A stretch of 64,000 bases of DNA from the human T2T-CHM13v2.0 reference genome, Homo sapiens: the NCBI RefSeq assembly GCF_009914755.1, contig NC_060947.1. One strand, written 5' to 3'. The notes below the pieces were generated by a model. The model did not search any database. It was not told the origin of the DNA and saw only the letters and a program-made list of their open reading frames with translations. A program made the position numbers and the translations under genes. Shown here in pieces: positions 20,358 through 41,320 of this stretch. Numbering within the stretch: the stretch's first letter is position 1; the number at the start of each line of letters is the position of its first letter.

Positions 20358-20905
20358 AGGTTTGTTACATACATAAACTTGTGTCATGGGGGTTTATTGT
20401 ACAGATTATTTCATCACCTAGGTATTAAGGCTAGTATCCATTAATTATTTTTCCTGATCCTCTCCCTCTTCTCACCCTCCACCCTCTGAAAGGCCCCAGT
20501 GAGTGTTGTTCCCCTATATATGTCCATGTGTTCTCATCATTAATTCCCATTTATAAGTAAGAACATGCAGTATTTGGTTTTCTATTCCTGTGTTAGTTTG
20601 CTAAGGATAATGCCATCCAGCTCCATCCATGTCCCTGCAAAGAACATTATATTGTTCATTTTTACTGTTGCATAGGATTCCATGATGTATATGTACCACA
20701 TTTTCTTTATCCAGTCTATCATCGATGGACATTTAGGTTGATTTCATGTCTTTGCTAATGTGAATAGTTCTGCAGTGAACGTACCTATGCATGAGTCTTC
20801 AAAATAGAATGATTTATATTCCTTTGGGTATGTACCCGGTAATGGGATTGCTGGGTCAAATGGTATTTCTGTCTTTAGGTGTTTGAGGAATCGCTACAGT
20901 GTCTT
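20358..20905 (-). mobile_element. L1PA13-like 3' end
   Basis: aaacttgtgtcatgggggtt...tacagattatttcatcacctaggtattaag. Confidence 0.82.
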
Positions 20906-21881
20906 GGTTGTGGTATATTTTGAAATCATGATGGCCTCAGTTTTGTTTCTTATTTTTCTCAGAATGTCTTTGTCTATTTAGATTCTTTTGTGGTTACATA
21001 CAAATTTTAGGACATTTTATTTCTAAGAAAAGTGGCATTCATATTTTGATAGAGATTGCATTGAATCTGTAGGTTTCTTTGGGCATATGGAGAGTTAAAA
21101 ATATTAAATCTTCTCATCCAATAGCATAGGAAGTCTTTCCACTTGTTGGTGTCCTCTTTAATTTATTTCATGGATATTTTAGTTTTTCCTGTAGAGGTGT
21201 TTCACATCATTAAACAAATCTATTCTTAGGTATTTTATTTATTGTAGATATTGTAAATGGGATTGCCTTTTTAATTTATTTCTTAGCTAGTTTGTTTTCG
21301 GTATATAGAAACCCTATTGATTTTTGTGTGTTGATTTTGTATTTTGAAAACTTTACAGAATTTATTTAAAAGAACTAAAATGTTTTTGGTGGGGTCTTTA
21401 GGTTTTTCTAGATAAAAAACCAGATCATTAGCAAAGAGGGACAATTCAGCTTCCACTTTTTCAATTTTGATGCCTTTTATTTCTTTCTCCTGACTGACTG
21501 CTCTGGCTAAGACTTTCAGTACTATAATGAATAGAGAGAAGAAAACGGGCATCTTCTTCTAGTTCAGTTTTCCAGAGGAAAGGCTTTCAACTTTTCTCAA
21601 TTCAGTACAATGTTAGCTGTGAGTTTGTCATATGTGAACTTTATTATTATGAGGTATGTTGCTTCTATGCCAGAGTTGTTGAGAATTTTTATGGTGAAGG
21701 GATGTTGAAGTTTATAAAATGTTTTTATCTACATATTGAGATGATCATATCAATTTTGTTCTTCATTTTGTTGATGTGTTGTATCATATTTATTGACTTG
21801 TGTATGTTGAATGATTCTTGCAGTCTCGTATAAATTCCACTTGATTGGTATCTATTATTTTTTCTGTGGGGGATAGTTAAC

Positions 21882-24800
21882 TATTTTATTTTCACCTTTT
21901 GTTGTGCATATAGAAGGTACATGTGCAGGTTTGTTACATGGGCTTATTGCATGATGCTGAGGTTTGGGTATGGATCACGTAATCCAGGTAGTGTGAGTAG
22001 TACTTGACAGATAATATTTCAACCCATTGCTACTCCTTTCACCCTCCAGTAGTCTCCAGTGTCTATTGTTCCCATATTTTTGTCCATATGGGCACAATAT
22101 TAGCTTCCACTTATAAATGAGATAATGTGGTACTTGATTTTCTGTTCTAGCATGAATTTACTTAGGATTATGGCCTGAAGTTCCATCCATGTTGCTTTAA
22201 AGGACATTATCTCTTTCTTTTTTATAACTGTATAGTATTTCAGGTTGTATTTGTACTGTATTTTAACAATCCAATCTATAATTAATGGGCAACTAGCTTA
22301 ATTTTATGTCTTTGCTACTATGAGTAGAATAACAATGAACATACAAATGCATGTGTCTTTTTGGTAGAATAATTTATTTTAATTTGAGTACATACCCAAT
22401 AATGAGATTGCTGGGTCAAATGGCAGCTCTGTTTTAAGTTCCTTGACAAGTCTCCAAACTACTTTCTACAATGGCTGGGCTAATTGACATTCCCCACAAC
22501 AGTGTATAAGCATTTTCTTTTCTCTGCAGACTTGTGAACATTGGTTGGTTTTTTACTTTTTAATAATAGCCATTCTGATTGGTGTGAGATGGTATCTTGT
22601 GGTTTTGCATTGCATTTCTCTAATGATTAGTAACATTGAGCATTTTCTATCTTTTCAATGTGTAAGTTCAGGGGTATACGTGCAAGTTTGTTATACAGGT
22701 TTGTTATATGTCTGATTGGTTGATTTTAGAGTATGTACCATATGGAGATCAGAAGAATGTATATTCTGTTGTTTTGTGGTGGAGTGTTCTGTAGATATCT
22801 GTTAGGTCCATTTGGTCAAGTGTTGAGTTCAGGCCCTAAATATTTTTGTTAGTTTTCTGCCTCAATGATCTGTCAGTGAGATGCTGAAGACTCCTACTCT
22901 TATTGTGTGGTTATCTAAATCTCTTTGCAGGTCTCCAGTAACTTGCTTTATGAATCCAGGTGCTCATGTGTTGGGTGAATATATACTTAGGATAGTTAGG
23001 TCTTCTTGTTGAATTGAGCCTTTTACCATTATAGAATGCTGTTCATTGTCTTTTTTGGTCTTTGTTGGTTTAAAATATGTTTTCTCTGAAATTAGACTAG
23101 TAACCCCGACTTATTTCTGTTTTCTGTTTGCTTGGTATATTTTTCTCCATCTCTTTATTTTGAGCCTATGAGTGTCATTGCATGATATGGGTCTCTTGAA
23201 AACAGCATGCTGTTGGGTCTTGCTTCTTTATCCAGCTTATCACTCTTGCCTTTTAACTGTGGGCAGTTAGGCCGTTTACATTCAAAATTAGTTTTGGTAT
23301 GTGCAGATTTAACATGTTGTTAGCTGATTATTATGCAGACTTTTTGGTGTGGTTGCATTATAGTGTCACTGGTCTATGTACTTAAGTGTGTTTTCATAAT
23401 GGCCAGCAATTGTCTTTCTTTTTCATATTTAGCACTCTCTTCTGGACCTCTCGTAAGGCAAGTCTGCTGGTAACAAAATCCCTTAACATTTGCTTGTCTG
23501 AAAAGATGTTGTTTCTACTTCACATCTGAAGCTGAGTTTGGCTGGATATGAAATTCTTGGTTGGAAAGCCTTTTCTTTAAGAATGCTGAATATAGGCTCA
23601 CATTCTCTTCTGGCTTCTAGGGTTTATGCTGAAAGATCTGATATTAACCTCTTGGGGTTCCTTTGTAGGTGACCTGCCTCTTCTTTCCAGTTGCATTTAA
23701 CATTTTTTCTTTCATTTTGACACAAGAATCTGATGACAGTTTCTTGGAGATGATTTTTTTCTGTATTATTTCACTGGGTTTTCTGCACTTCCTGAATTTG
23801 AGTGTTGGTCTGTCTAGCAAGGTTGGGAAAATTTTTCATAGATGATATCCTGAAATATGTTTTTCAAGTTGCTTGCTTTCTCTCCTTGTCTTTCAGGAAT
23901 GCCAATAGATTTGGTCTCTTTGTATAATCCCATACTTCTTGGAGGTTTTGTCCATTGTTCATTATTCTTTTTAAAACTTTTGTTCTGACTGAGAAGTTTC
24001 AAAGAGCATCTGGAATTCTTTCCACGGTGTGGTTGATTCTGCTGTTAATATTTGCAATTGTATTATAAAATTATTGAAATAAGTTTTTCGGCTCTATCAA
24101 CTCAGTTTGGTTATTTCTTAAAATGGCCACTTTGTCTTTCATCTCCTGTATTATTTTATTGTATTTTGTACAATCCTTGGGTTGGATTTCAACTTACTCC
24201 TGAATGTTGATCTTCATTCTTATTCATATTCTGAATTTTATTTCTGTCATTGCGTCCATTTCACCCTAATTAAGAATCATTACTGGGAACATAGTGCAGT
24301 TGTTAATTAGATCCTATTTGTCAATTTTTGTTTGTTGTGCAATTGCTTTTGTGTCTTTGTCATGAAATCTTTGCCAAGGCCTATGTTCAGAATGGTATTT
24401 CCTAGGATTTATTCAAGGAATTTTACAGTTTTAGGTTTTATATTTAAGTCTTTAATCTATCTTGAGTTGATTTTTGTATATGGTGTAAAGAGGGTGTCAA
24501 GTTCAATCTTCTGTTTATGGCTAGCTAGTTATCCCAGCACCATTTATTAAATAAGAAGTTCTTTACCCATTGCTTTTTTTTTCATTGTTGAAGATCATAT
24601 GGTTTTAGGTGTGCAGCTGTATTTCTGGTCTCTCTATTCTGTTCCATTGGTCTATGTGTCTATTTTGGTACCATTCCCATGCTGTTTTGCTTGCTGTAGC
24701 CTTGTAACATAGTTGGAAGTTGGGTAATGTGATGCCTCCAGCTTTTTTTTCTTTTTTTCTCTTGGGATTGCTTTGGCTATTTGAGCTTTACTTCTGGTTC

Positions 24801-24940
24801 AATATGAATTTTAGAATAGCTTTTCTAATTGTGTGAAAAATGTCATTGATACTTTGATAAAAATAGCATTGAATCTGTACATTGCTTTGGGCAGTGTGAC
24901 CATGTTAACAATATTGATTCTTTCTATTCATGAGCATGGA
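21882..24940 (-). mobile_element. L1PA16-like element containing a deleted L1P4-type insert (22650-24300)
   Basis: ttgcatgatgctgaggtttggg 3'UTR; EN/ORF1 segment 22711-24300; ORF2 resumes near 24303. Confidence 0.72.
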
Positions 24941-26749
24941 AATTCAGGGGTACGTGTGCAGGATGTGCAAGGTTTATTACATAGGTAAACATGTGCCATT
25001 GTGGTTTGCTTCACAGATCATCCCATCACGTAAATATTAAGCCCAGCATGCATTAGCTATACTTACTAATGTTCTCCTTCCCTCCTCCTTGCCTACAGGT
25101 CCCAGTGTGTGTTGTTCCTTTGCATGTGTTTATGTGTTCTCATCATTCAGTTTCCAGTTACAAGTGAAAACATGTAGTACATGCTTTTCTGTTCCTGTGT
25201 TAGTTTGCTGAGAATAATGGCTTCCAGCCCCATCCATGTCCATGCAAAGGAAAAGATCTCATTGTTTTGTATGGCTGTATAGTATTCCATGGTGTATATA
25301 TACCACATTTTCTTTATCTGGTCTATCATTGATGAGCATTTGGGTTGATTCCATGTCTTTGTTATTGTAAATACTGTTTCAGGGAACATACATGTACATG
25401 TATCTTTATAAAAGAATGATTTATATTCCTTTGGGTATATACCCAGTAATGGAATTGCTGGGTCAAATTTTATTTCTGCCGCTATATCTTTGAGGAATTT
25501 CCACACTGTGTTCCAAATGGTTGAACTAATTTACACTCCCACTGCAAGTGTAAAAGCATTTCTTTTTCTTTACAACCTCACCAGCATCTGTTGTTTTTTG
25601 ACATTTTAATAAAGGCCATTCTGACTGGCGTGATATAGTCTCTCATTGTGATTTTGATTTGCATTTCTCTAATGACCAGTGATATTGAGCTTTTTGTTTT
25701 ATATGTTTGTGGGCTGCATGTATGTCTTCCTTTGAGAAGTGTCTGTTCATATTCTTTGCCCACTTTTTAATGGGGTTGTTTGTTTCTTTCTTGTAGATTT
25801 AAGTTTCTTGCAGACTCTGGATATTAGACCATTGTCATGTGAATAAATTTAAAAAAAGTTTATCCCATTCTGTAGATTGTCTGTCCACTATGATGATAGT
25901 TTATTTTGCTGTGTAGAAGTGCTTTAGCTTAATTAGATCCTATTTGTCAATTTTTGCTTTTGATGCAAATGCTTTTGGCATCTCCATTATGAAATCTTTG
26001 CCCATGCCTATGTCCTGAGTGGTATTTTCTTCTAGGGTTTTTATAGTTTTTGGTTTTCCATCTAAATCTTGAATCCATCTCGACTTAATTTTTGTATAAG
26101 GTGTAAGGAAGCGGCCTAGCTTCTTTTTTCTGCATACGGCTAGCCAGTTCTCCAAGCATTATTTATTAAATAGGGAATCCTTTCCCCATTGCATGTTTTT
26201 GTCAGGATTGTTGAAGAACAGATGGTTTTCAGTGTGTGGTCTCATTTCTGAGTTTTATATTCTGTTCTATTGGCCTATTTGTACCAGAACAGTGCTGTTT
26301 TGGTTACTGTAGCCGTGTAGTATAGTTTGAAGTCAGGTAGCATGATGCCTCCAGCTTTGTTCGTTTTGTTTAGGATTGTCCTGGCTATTCGGGTTCTGTT
26401 TTCTTTCCATATAAATTTTAAAATAGTTATTTCTAATTTTATGAAGAGTGTCAGTGGTAGTTTAGGGAAAATATCATTGAATATAAATTACTTTGGGCAG
26501 TACAATTATTTTTACAATATTGATTCTTCCTATCCATGAACATGGAATGTTTTTCCGTTTGTTTGTGTCCTCTCTGATTTCTTTGAGCACTGGTTTGTAA
26601 TTCTCCTTGAAGAGGTCCTTCATTTCCCTTGTTAGCTATACTCCTAGGTATCTTATTCTTTTTGTAGCAATTGTGAATGGGATTTCATTCATGATTTGTC
26701 TCTGTGGTTGCCTGTTATTTGTGTATAGCAATGTTAGCAATTTTTGCAC
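24941..26749 (-). mobile_element. L1PA11-like 3' part lacking a tail
   Basis: cacagatcatcccatcac...taagcccagcatgcattagc; ORF2 C-terminal ORFs 25147-26155. Confidence 0.78.
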
Positions 26750-34291
<7,542 letters not shown>

Positions 34292-34972
34292 TAACTATTA
34301 ATTTCTAATTTTATTATGCTGTCATCCAAGAAGATACTCGATATGATTTTTTTTTCAACTTAGTGAGGCTATTTTTTGACCTAATATATGCTCCATCTTG
34401 GAAAGTGCTTCTTGGACTTGTTAGAAGAATGTATGCTCTATGATTGGTGAGTAAAATGGTCTGTGTGCGTTATGTCCATTTGGTCTCAGTGTAATTTGAT
34501 TCCGGTGTTTGTTTCTTGATTCTTCTGTCTCAATCATATGTCTAGGGTTTTCTTTTTGATGTTGACATTCCCCACTATTATTGTGCATCTGTCTATCTCT
34601 TTTCGTAGCTCCACTAGTATTTTTTATGAATCTTGGTGCTCTGGTTTGGTTGTATATATATGTAGTAGTGTCATATCATCTTGTTAGTTGATACCTTTAT
34701 CATTATGTAATGATCTTTTATATCTTTTGTTTTGTTGTTGATTTAAAGTCCATTTTATTTATATAAGTATAGCAATTTCCACTCACTTTTCGTTTTTATT
34801 TGCATGTAGTACCTTTTCACACCCTTTTACTTTGAATCTATATGTATGTTTAAAAGTCAAATGTGTTTGTTGTAAGTAACATGGTTAGAACATGTTTATT
34901 TATTCAATGTATATGTTAAGCAGTTGATTTAATCCATTTATGTTCATAGTTGATATATGAGGTCATGAGCCT

Positions 34973-37900
34973 GTTTTTTAAAATATTATTATTATACTTT
35001 AAGTTCTGAGATACATGTGTAGAAGGTGCAGGTTTCTTACATAGGCATACACGTGCCATGGGGATTTGCTGCACCAATCAACCCATCATCTACATTATGT
35101 ATTCCTCCTAATGCTATCCCTCCCCTAACTCCCACCCCCTGACAGACCATGGTATGTGATGTTCCCCTCCCTGTGTCCATGTGTTTTCATTGTTCAACTC
35201 CCACTTATGAGTCAGAACATGCAGTGTTTAGTTTTCTGTTCCTTTGTTAGTTTGCTGAGAATGATGGTTTCCAGCTTTATCTATGTCCCTGCAAAGAACA
35301 TTAACTCATCTATTTTTGGGGCTGCATAGTATTCCATGATATATATGTGCCACATTTTCTTCATTCAGTCTATCATTGACGGGCCTTTAGGTTGTTTTCA
35401 AGTCTTTGCTATTGTGAATAGTGCTGCAATAGACATATGTGTGCATATGCATATGTCTTTATAGTAGAATGATTTATACTTCTTTGGGTATATACCCAGT
35501 AATGGCATTGCTGGGTCAAATGGTTCTAGATCCTTGAGGAGTCACCACACTGTCTTCCACAATGGTTGAATTGACACTCCCACAAACAGTGCGTAAGTGT
35601 TCCTATTTCTCCACATCCTCTCCAGCATCTGTTGTTTCCTGACATTTTAGTGATCACCATTCTAACTGGTGTGAGATGTTATCTCATTGAAGTTTTGATT
35701 TGCATTTCTCTAATGACCAGTGATAATGAGCTTTTTTTCATATGTTTGTTGGCCGCATAAATGTCTTCTTTTGAGAAGTTTCTGTTCATATCCTTCGCCC
35801 ACTTTTTGATGGGGTTGTTTATTTCTTGTAAATTTGTTTAAGTTCCATGTAGATTCTAGATATTAGTACTTTGTCAGATGGATAGATTGCAAACATTTTC
35901 TCCCATTCTGTAGGTTGCCTCTTCACTCTGATGATAGTTTCTTTTGCTGTGCAGAAGCTCACTAGTTTAGTTAGATCCCATTTGTCAATTTTGGACTTTG
36001 TTGCCATTGCTTTTGATGTTTTAGTCATGAAACCTTGCCCATGTTTATATCCTTAATGGTATTGCCTAGGTTTTCTTATAGGGTTTTTATGGTTTTGGGT
36101 CTTATGTTTAAGTCTTTAATTCATCTTGAGTTAATTTTTGTATAAGGTGTAAGGAAAAGGTCCAGTTTCAGTTTTCTGCATATGGCTAGCCAGTTTTCCC
36201 AATACCATTTATTAAATAAAGAGTCCTTTCCCCATTGCTTGTTTTTGTCAGGTTTGTCGAAAATGTGATGGCTGTAGATGTGTGGCATTATTTCTGAGGC
36301 CTCTGTTCTGTTCCATTGGTCTATATGTCTGTTTGGTAACAGCACCATGCTGTTTTGGTTACTGTATCTTTTTAGTATAGTTTGAAGTCAGGTAGCATGA
36401 TGCCTTCAGCTTTGTTATTTTTGCTTAAGATTGTCTTGGCCATACAGGCTCTTTTTGGTTCCATATGAAATTTAAAGTAGTTTTCTTTCTAATTCTGTGA
36501 AGAAAGTCAATGGTACCCTGAAGAGGATAGCATTGAATCTATAAATTACTTTGGACAGTATGACCATTTTTATGATATTGATTCTTCCTATCCATGAGGA
36601 TGGACTGTTTTTCCATTTGTTTCTGTCCTTTCTTATTTCCTTGAGCAGTGGTTTGTAGTTCTCCTTGAACAGGTTCTTCACATCCCTTGCAAGTTGTATT
36701 CCTAGGTAACAGATTGATTTTGTATCCGAAGACTTTGCTGAAGTTGCTTATCAGCTTAAGGAGATTTTGTGCTGAGACCATGGGGTTTTCTAAATATATA
36801 ATCATGTCATCTGCAAACAAAGACAATTTGACTTTCTCTCTTCCTATTTGAATACCCTTTATTTTTTTCTCTTGCCTGACTGCCCTGGCCAGAACTTCTA
36901 ATATTATGTTGAATAGGAGTGATGAGAGAGGGCATCCTTGTCTTGTGTGGGTTTTCAAAGGGAATGTTTCCAGCTTTTGCCCATTCGGTGTGATATTCGC
37001 TGTGGGTTTTCATAAATAGCTTTTATTAGTTTGTGATACGTTCCATCAATACCTTGTTTATTGAAATTTTTTAGCATGAAGGGGTGTTGAATTTTGTAGA
37101 AGTCCTTTTCTGCGTCTATCCTGTGGTTTTTGTCATTGGTTCTGTTTATGTGATGGATTACGTTTATTCATTTGTGTACGTTGAACAAGCCTTGCATCCC
37201 TGGGATGAAACCAACTTGATCGTGGTGGATAAGTTTTTGATGTTCTTCTGGTTTCAGTTTTCCAGTATGTTATTGAGGATTTTTGCATTGATGTTCATCA
37301 GCGATATTTATCTGAAATTTTCTTTCGTTCTTTCTTTTTTTTTCTGTTGTGCCTCTGCCAGGTTTGGGTATCAGGATGATGCTGGCCTTATAAAATGAGT
37401 TAGGGAGGAATCCCTCTTTTCCTATTGTTTGGGATAGTTTCAGAAACAGTCGTACCAGCTCCTCTTTGTACCGTGGGTAGAATTCAGCTGTGATTTCATC
37501 TGGTTCTGAGCTTTTTTTGTTTGTAGGCTATTAATTTCTGCCTGAATTTCAGAACTTCTTTTTGGTCTATTCAGGGATTCGACTACTTCCTGGTTTAGTC
37601 TTGGGAGGGTGTATGGAATTTATCCATTTCTTGTAGATTTTCTAGTTTATTTGTGTAGAGGTGTTTATAGTATTTTCTGATGTTTGTTTTACTGTGGGAT
37701 CAGTGGTGATATCCCCCTTATCATTTTTTATTTGATTTGATTCTTCTCTCTTTTCTTCTTTATTAGTCTGGCTAGCAGTCTATTTATTTTCTTATTCTTT
37801 TCAAAAAAAACCTCCTGGATTCATTGATTTTTTGAAGGGCTTTTCATGTCTCAATCTCCTTCAGTTCTTCTCTGATCTTAGTTTTTTCTTATCTGCTGCT

Positions 37901-40900
37901 AGCTTTTGAATTTGTTTGCTCTTGCTTCTCTAGTCCTTTTAATTGCTATGTTAGGGTGTCGATTTTAGATCTTTCCTGCTTTCTCCTATGGGCATTTAGT
38001 GCTGTAAATTTCCCTCTAAATACTGCTTTAGCTGTATCCTAGAGATGCTGGTTCATTGTGTCTTAGTTCTCATTGTTTTCAAATAACTTATTTATTTCTG
38101 CCTTCATTTCGTTATGTACCCAGTAGTCATTCAGGATCAGGTTGTTCAGTTTCCAGGTAGTTGTGCAGTTTTAAGTGAGTTTCTTAATCCTGAGTTGTAA
38201 TTTGATTGCACTGTGGTCTGTGAGACTGTTTGTTATGATTTCCGTTCTTTTGCATTTGCTGAGGAGTGTTTTACTTCCAATTACGTGGTCACTTTAGTAT
38301 AAGAGCGATGTGGTGCTGAGAGGAATGTATATTCTGTTGATTTGTGGTGGAGAGTTCTGTAGATGTCTATTAGGTTTGCTTGGTCCAGAGGTGAGTTCAA
38401 GTCCTTCATATCCTTGTTAATTTTTTTTCTTGTGGATCTGTCTAATATTGTCAGTGGGGTGTTAAAGTATTCCACTCTTATTGTGTGGGAGTCTAAGTCT
38501 CTTTTTAGGTCTCTAAGAACTTGCTGTATGAATCCGGGTGCTCCTGTATTGGGTGTATGTGTATTTAGGATAGTTAGCTCTGCCTGTTGCATTGATCCCT
38601 TTACCTTTATGTAATGCCCTTCTTTGTATTTTCTGATCTTTGTTGGCTTAACTATTTTATCAGAGACTAGGATTGCAAACTCTGCTTTTTTTTGTTTTCC
38701 ATTTGCTTGGTAAATATTTCTCCATCTCTTTATTTTGAGCCTATGTGTGTGTTTGCACTTGAGATGGGTGTCCTGAATACAGCACCCCAGTGGTCTTTAC
38801 TCTTTATCCTATTTGCCAGTCTGTCTTTTAATGGAAACATTTAGCTCGTTTACATTTAAGGTTAATACTGTTATGTGTAAATCTGATCCTGTCATCATGA
38901 TGCTTGCTGGTTATTTTGCTTGTTAGTTAATGCAGTTTCTTCATAGTGTCAATGGTCTTTACAATTTGGTATGTTTTTGCAGTGGCTGATACCAGCTTTT
39001 TCTTTTCATATTTAGAGCTTCCTTCAGGAGCTCTTGTAAGGCAGGCCTGGTGGTGACAAAATCTCTCATTTGCTCATTTCTAAAGGATTTTATTTCTTAT
39101 TCGCATATGAAGCTTAGTTTGGCTGGTAATGAAATTCTGGTTTGAAATTTTTTTTTATTAAGAATGTTGAATATTGGCCCCTACTCTTTTCTGGCTTGTA
39201 GGGTTTCTACTGAGAGATCCACTGTTAGTCTGATGGGCTTCGCTTTTGTGGGTAACCTGACCTTTTTCTCTGGCTGCCCTTAACATTTTTCTTCGTTTCA
39301 ACCTTTATGAATCTTACAATTATGTGCCTTGGGGTTGCCCTTCTTAAGGAGTATCTTAGTGTTGTTCTCTTTATTTTCTTAATTTGAATGTTGGCCTATC
39401 TTACTAGGTTGGGGAAGTTCTCCTGGATAATATTCTGAAGAGTGTTTTCCAACATGGTTCCATTTTTCCCATCACTTTCAGGTACACCAATCAAACGTAC
39501 ATTTGGTCTTTTCACATAGTCCGATATTTCTTGGAGGCTTTGTTTTTTCCTTTTCATTCTTTTTTCTCTAATCTTGTCTTCATACTTTATTTTATTTAGT
39601 TGATCTTCAATCTCTGATATCTTTTCTTCCACTTGACTAATTCAGCTATTGATTCTTGTGTATACTTCACAAAGTTCTTGTGCTGTGTTTTTCAGCTCCG
39701 TCACATTATTTATGTTATTCTCTAAACTGGTTATTCTCATTAGCAATTCCTCTAACCTTTTTTAAGGTTTTTATTTTCCTTGCATTGGGTTTGAACATGG
39801 TCCTTTAGCTCAGAGCTATTTCGTATTACCCATCTTCTGAAGCCTACTTATGTCAATTTGTCAAACTCATTCTCCATCAAATTTTGTTCCCTTGCTGGTG
39901 AAGAGTTGTGATCCTTTGGAGGGAGAAGAGGCATTCTGGTTTTTGGAATTTTCAGCCTTTTTTTGCTGTTTTTTTTTTTTTTTTCTCATCTTCGTGGATT
40001 TATCTACCTTTGATCTTTGATGATGGTGACCTTCGAATGGGGTTTTTGTGTGGACGTCCTTTTTGTTGATGTTGTGGTATTCCTTTCTGTGTGTTAGTTT
40101 TCCTTCTAGCAGTCAGGCCCCTCTGCTGCAGGTCTGCTGGAGTTTGCTGGAGGTCCATTCCAGACCTGGGTATCACCTGTGGAGGCTGCAGAACAGCAAA
40201 GATCGCTGCCTGTTCCTTCCTCTGGAAGCTTCGTCCCAGAGGGGCACCTGCCAGATGCCAGGCAGAGCTCTCCTGTATGAGGTGTCTGTCGACCTCTTAT
40301 GGGAGGTATCTCTCAGTCAGGAGGCACAGGGATCAGGCACCCACTTGAGGAGGCAGTCTGACCCTTAGCAGAGCTCGAGCGCTGTGCTGGGAAATGTGCT
40401 GCTCCCTTCAGAGCTGGCAGGCAGGAACGTCTAGGTCTGCTGAAGCTGCCCCCATGGACAACCGTTCTCCTAGGTGGTCTGTCCCAGGGAGATGGGATTT
40501 TCATCTATAAGCCCCTGACTGGGGCTGCTACCTTTCTTTCAGAGATGCATTGCCTAGAGAAGGGGAATTTAGAGAGGCAGTCTGGCTACAGCGGTTTTGT
40601 GGCGCTATGGTGGGCTCCACGCAGTTCAAATTTCCTGGTGGCTTTGTTTACACTGTGAGGAAAAAATTGCCTACTCAAGCTTCAGTAATGGTGGATATCC
40701 CTCTCCCCACCAAGCTCGAGCACCCCAGGTTGACTTCAGACTGCTGTGTTGGCAACAATAATTTCAAGCCAGTGGATCTTAGCTTGCTGGGCCCTGTGGG
40801 GGTGGGATCTGCTGAGCTAGACCACTTGGCTCCCTGGCTTCAGCCTCCTTTCCAGGGGAGTGAATGGTTTTTTCTTGCTGGCATTCCCGGAGACACTGAG

Positions 40901-41320
40901 CTGTGAAAAAAAAACTGCTGCAGCTAACTTGGGGTCTGCCCAAATGGCTTCCCGGTTTTGTGTTTGAAACCCAGGGCCCTGGTCGTGTAGTCACCCATGG
41001 GAATTTTCTGGTCTGTAGGTTGTGAAGACCATGGGAAAAGCATAGTATCTGGGCCAGAATGCACCATTCCTCACGACATAGTCTTTCAAGGCTTCCTTTG
41101 ACTATGGGAAGGAGTTCCCCGACCCCTTGTACTTCCTGTGTGAGGTGACGCCCCACCTGCTTTGGCTCACCCTCTGTGGGCTGCACCCACTGTCTAACCA
41201 TTCCCAATCAGATGAGCTGGGTACTTCAGTTGGAAATGCATAAATCACCCACCTTCTGTGTTGATCTTGCTGGGAGCTGCAGACTGGAGCTTTTCCTATT
41301 TGGCCATCTTGGCAGCCACC
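34973..41320 (-). mobile_element. Near full-length (~6.35 kb) L1PA7-like element, ORFs disrupted
   Basis: Tail plus ttctgagatacatgtg...catacacgtgccatgg; ORF2/ORF1 remnants; 5' end ...tttggccatcttggcagccacc; ~100-bp deletion near 36710. Confidence 0.9.

Larger units (their letters stand above)
18143..21865 (-). mobile_element. L1MA3-like element, host of the satellite and L1PA13
   Basis: aacactagaacttattc...cagcctctgatatctatcattc; ORF2-like ORFs 18955-19278 and 21283-21552. Confidence 0.75.

Noticed and set aside
34973-41320. Retrotransposition-competent full-length L1
   Set aside because: ORF1 and ORF2 are broken into many short frames, with a deletion in RT.
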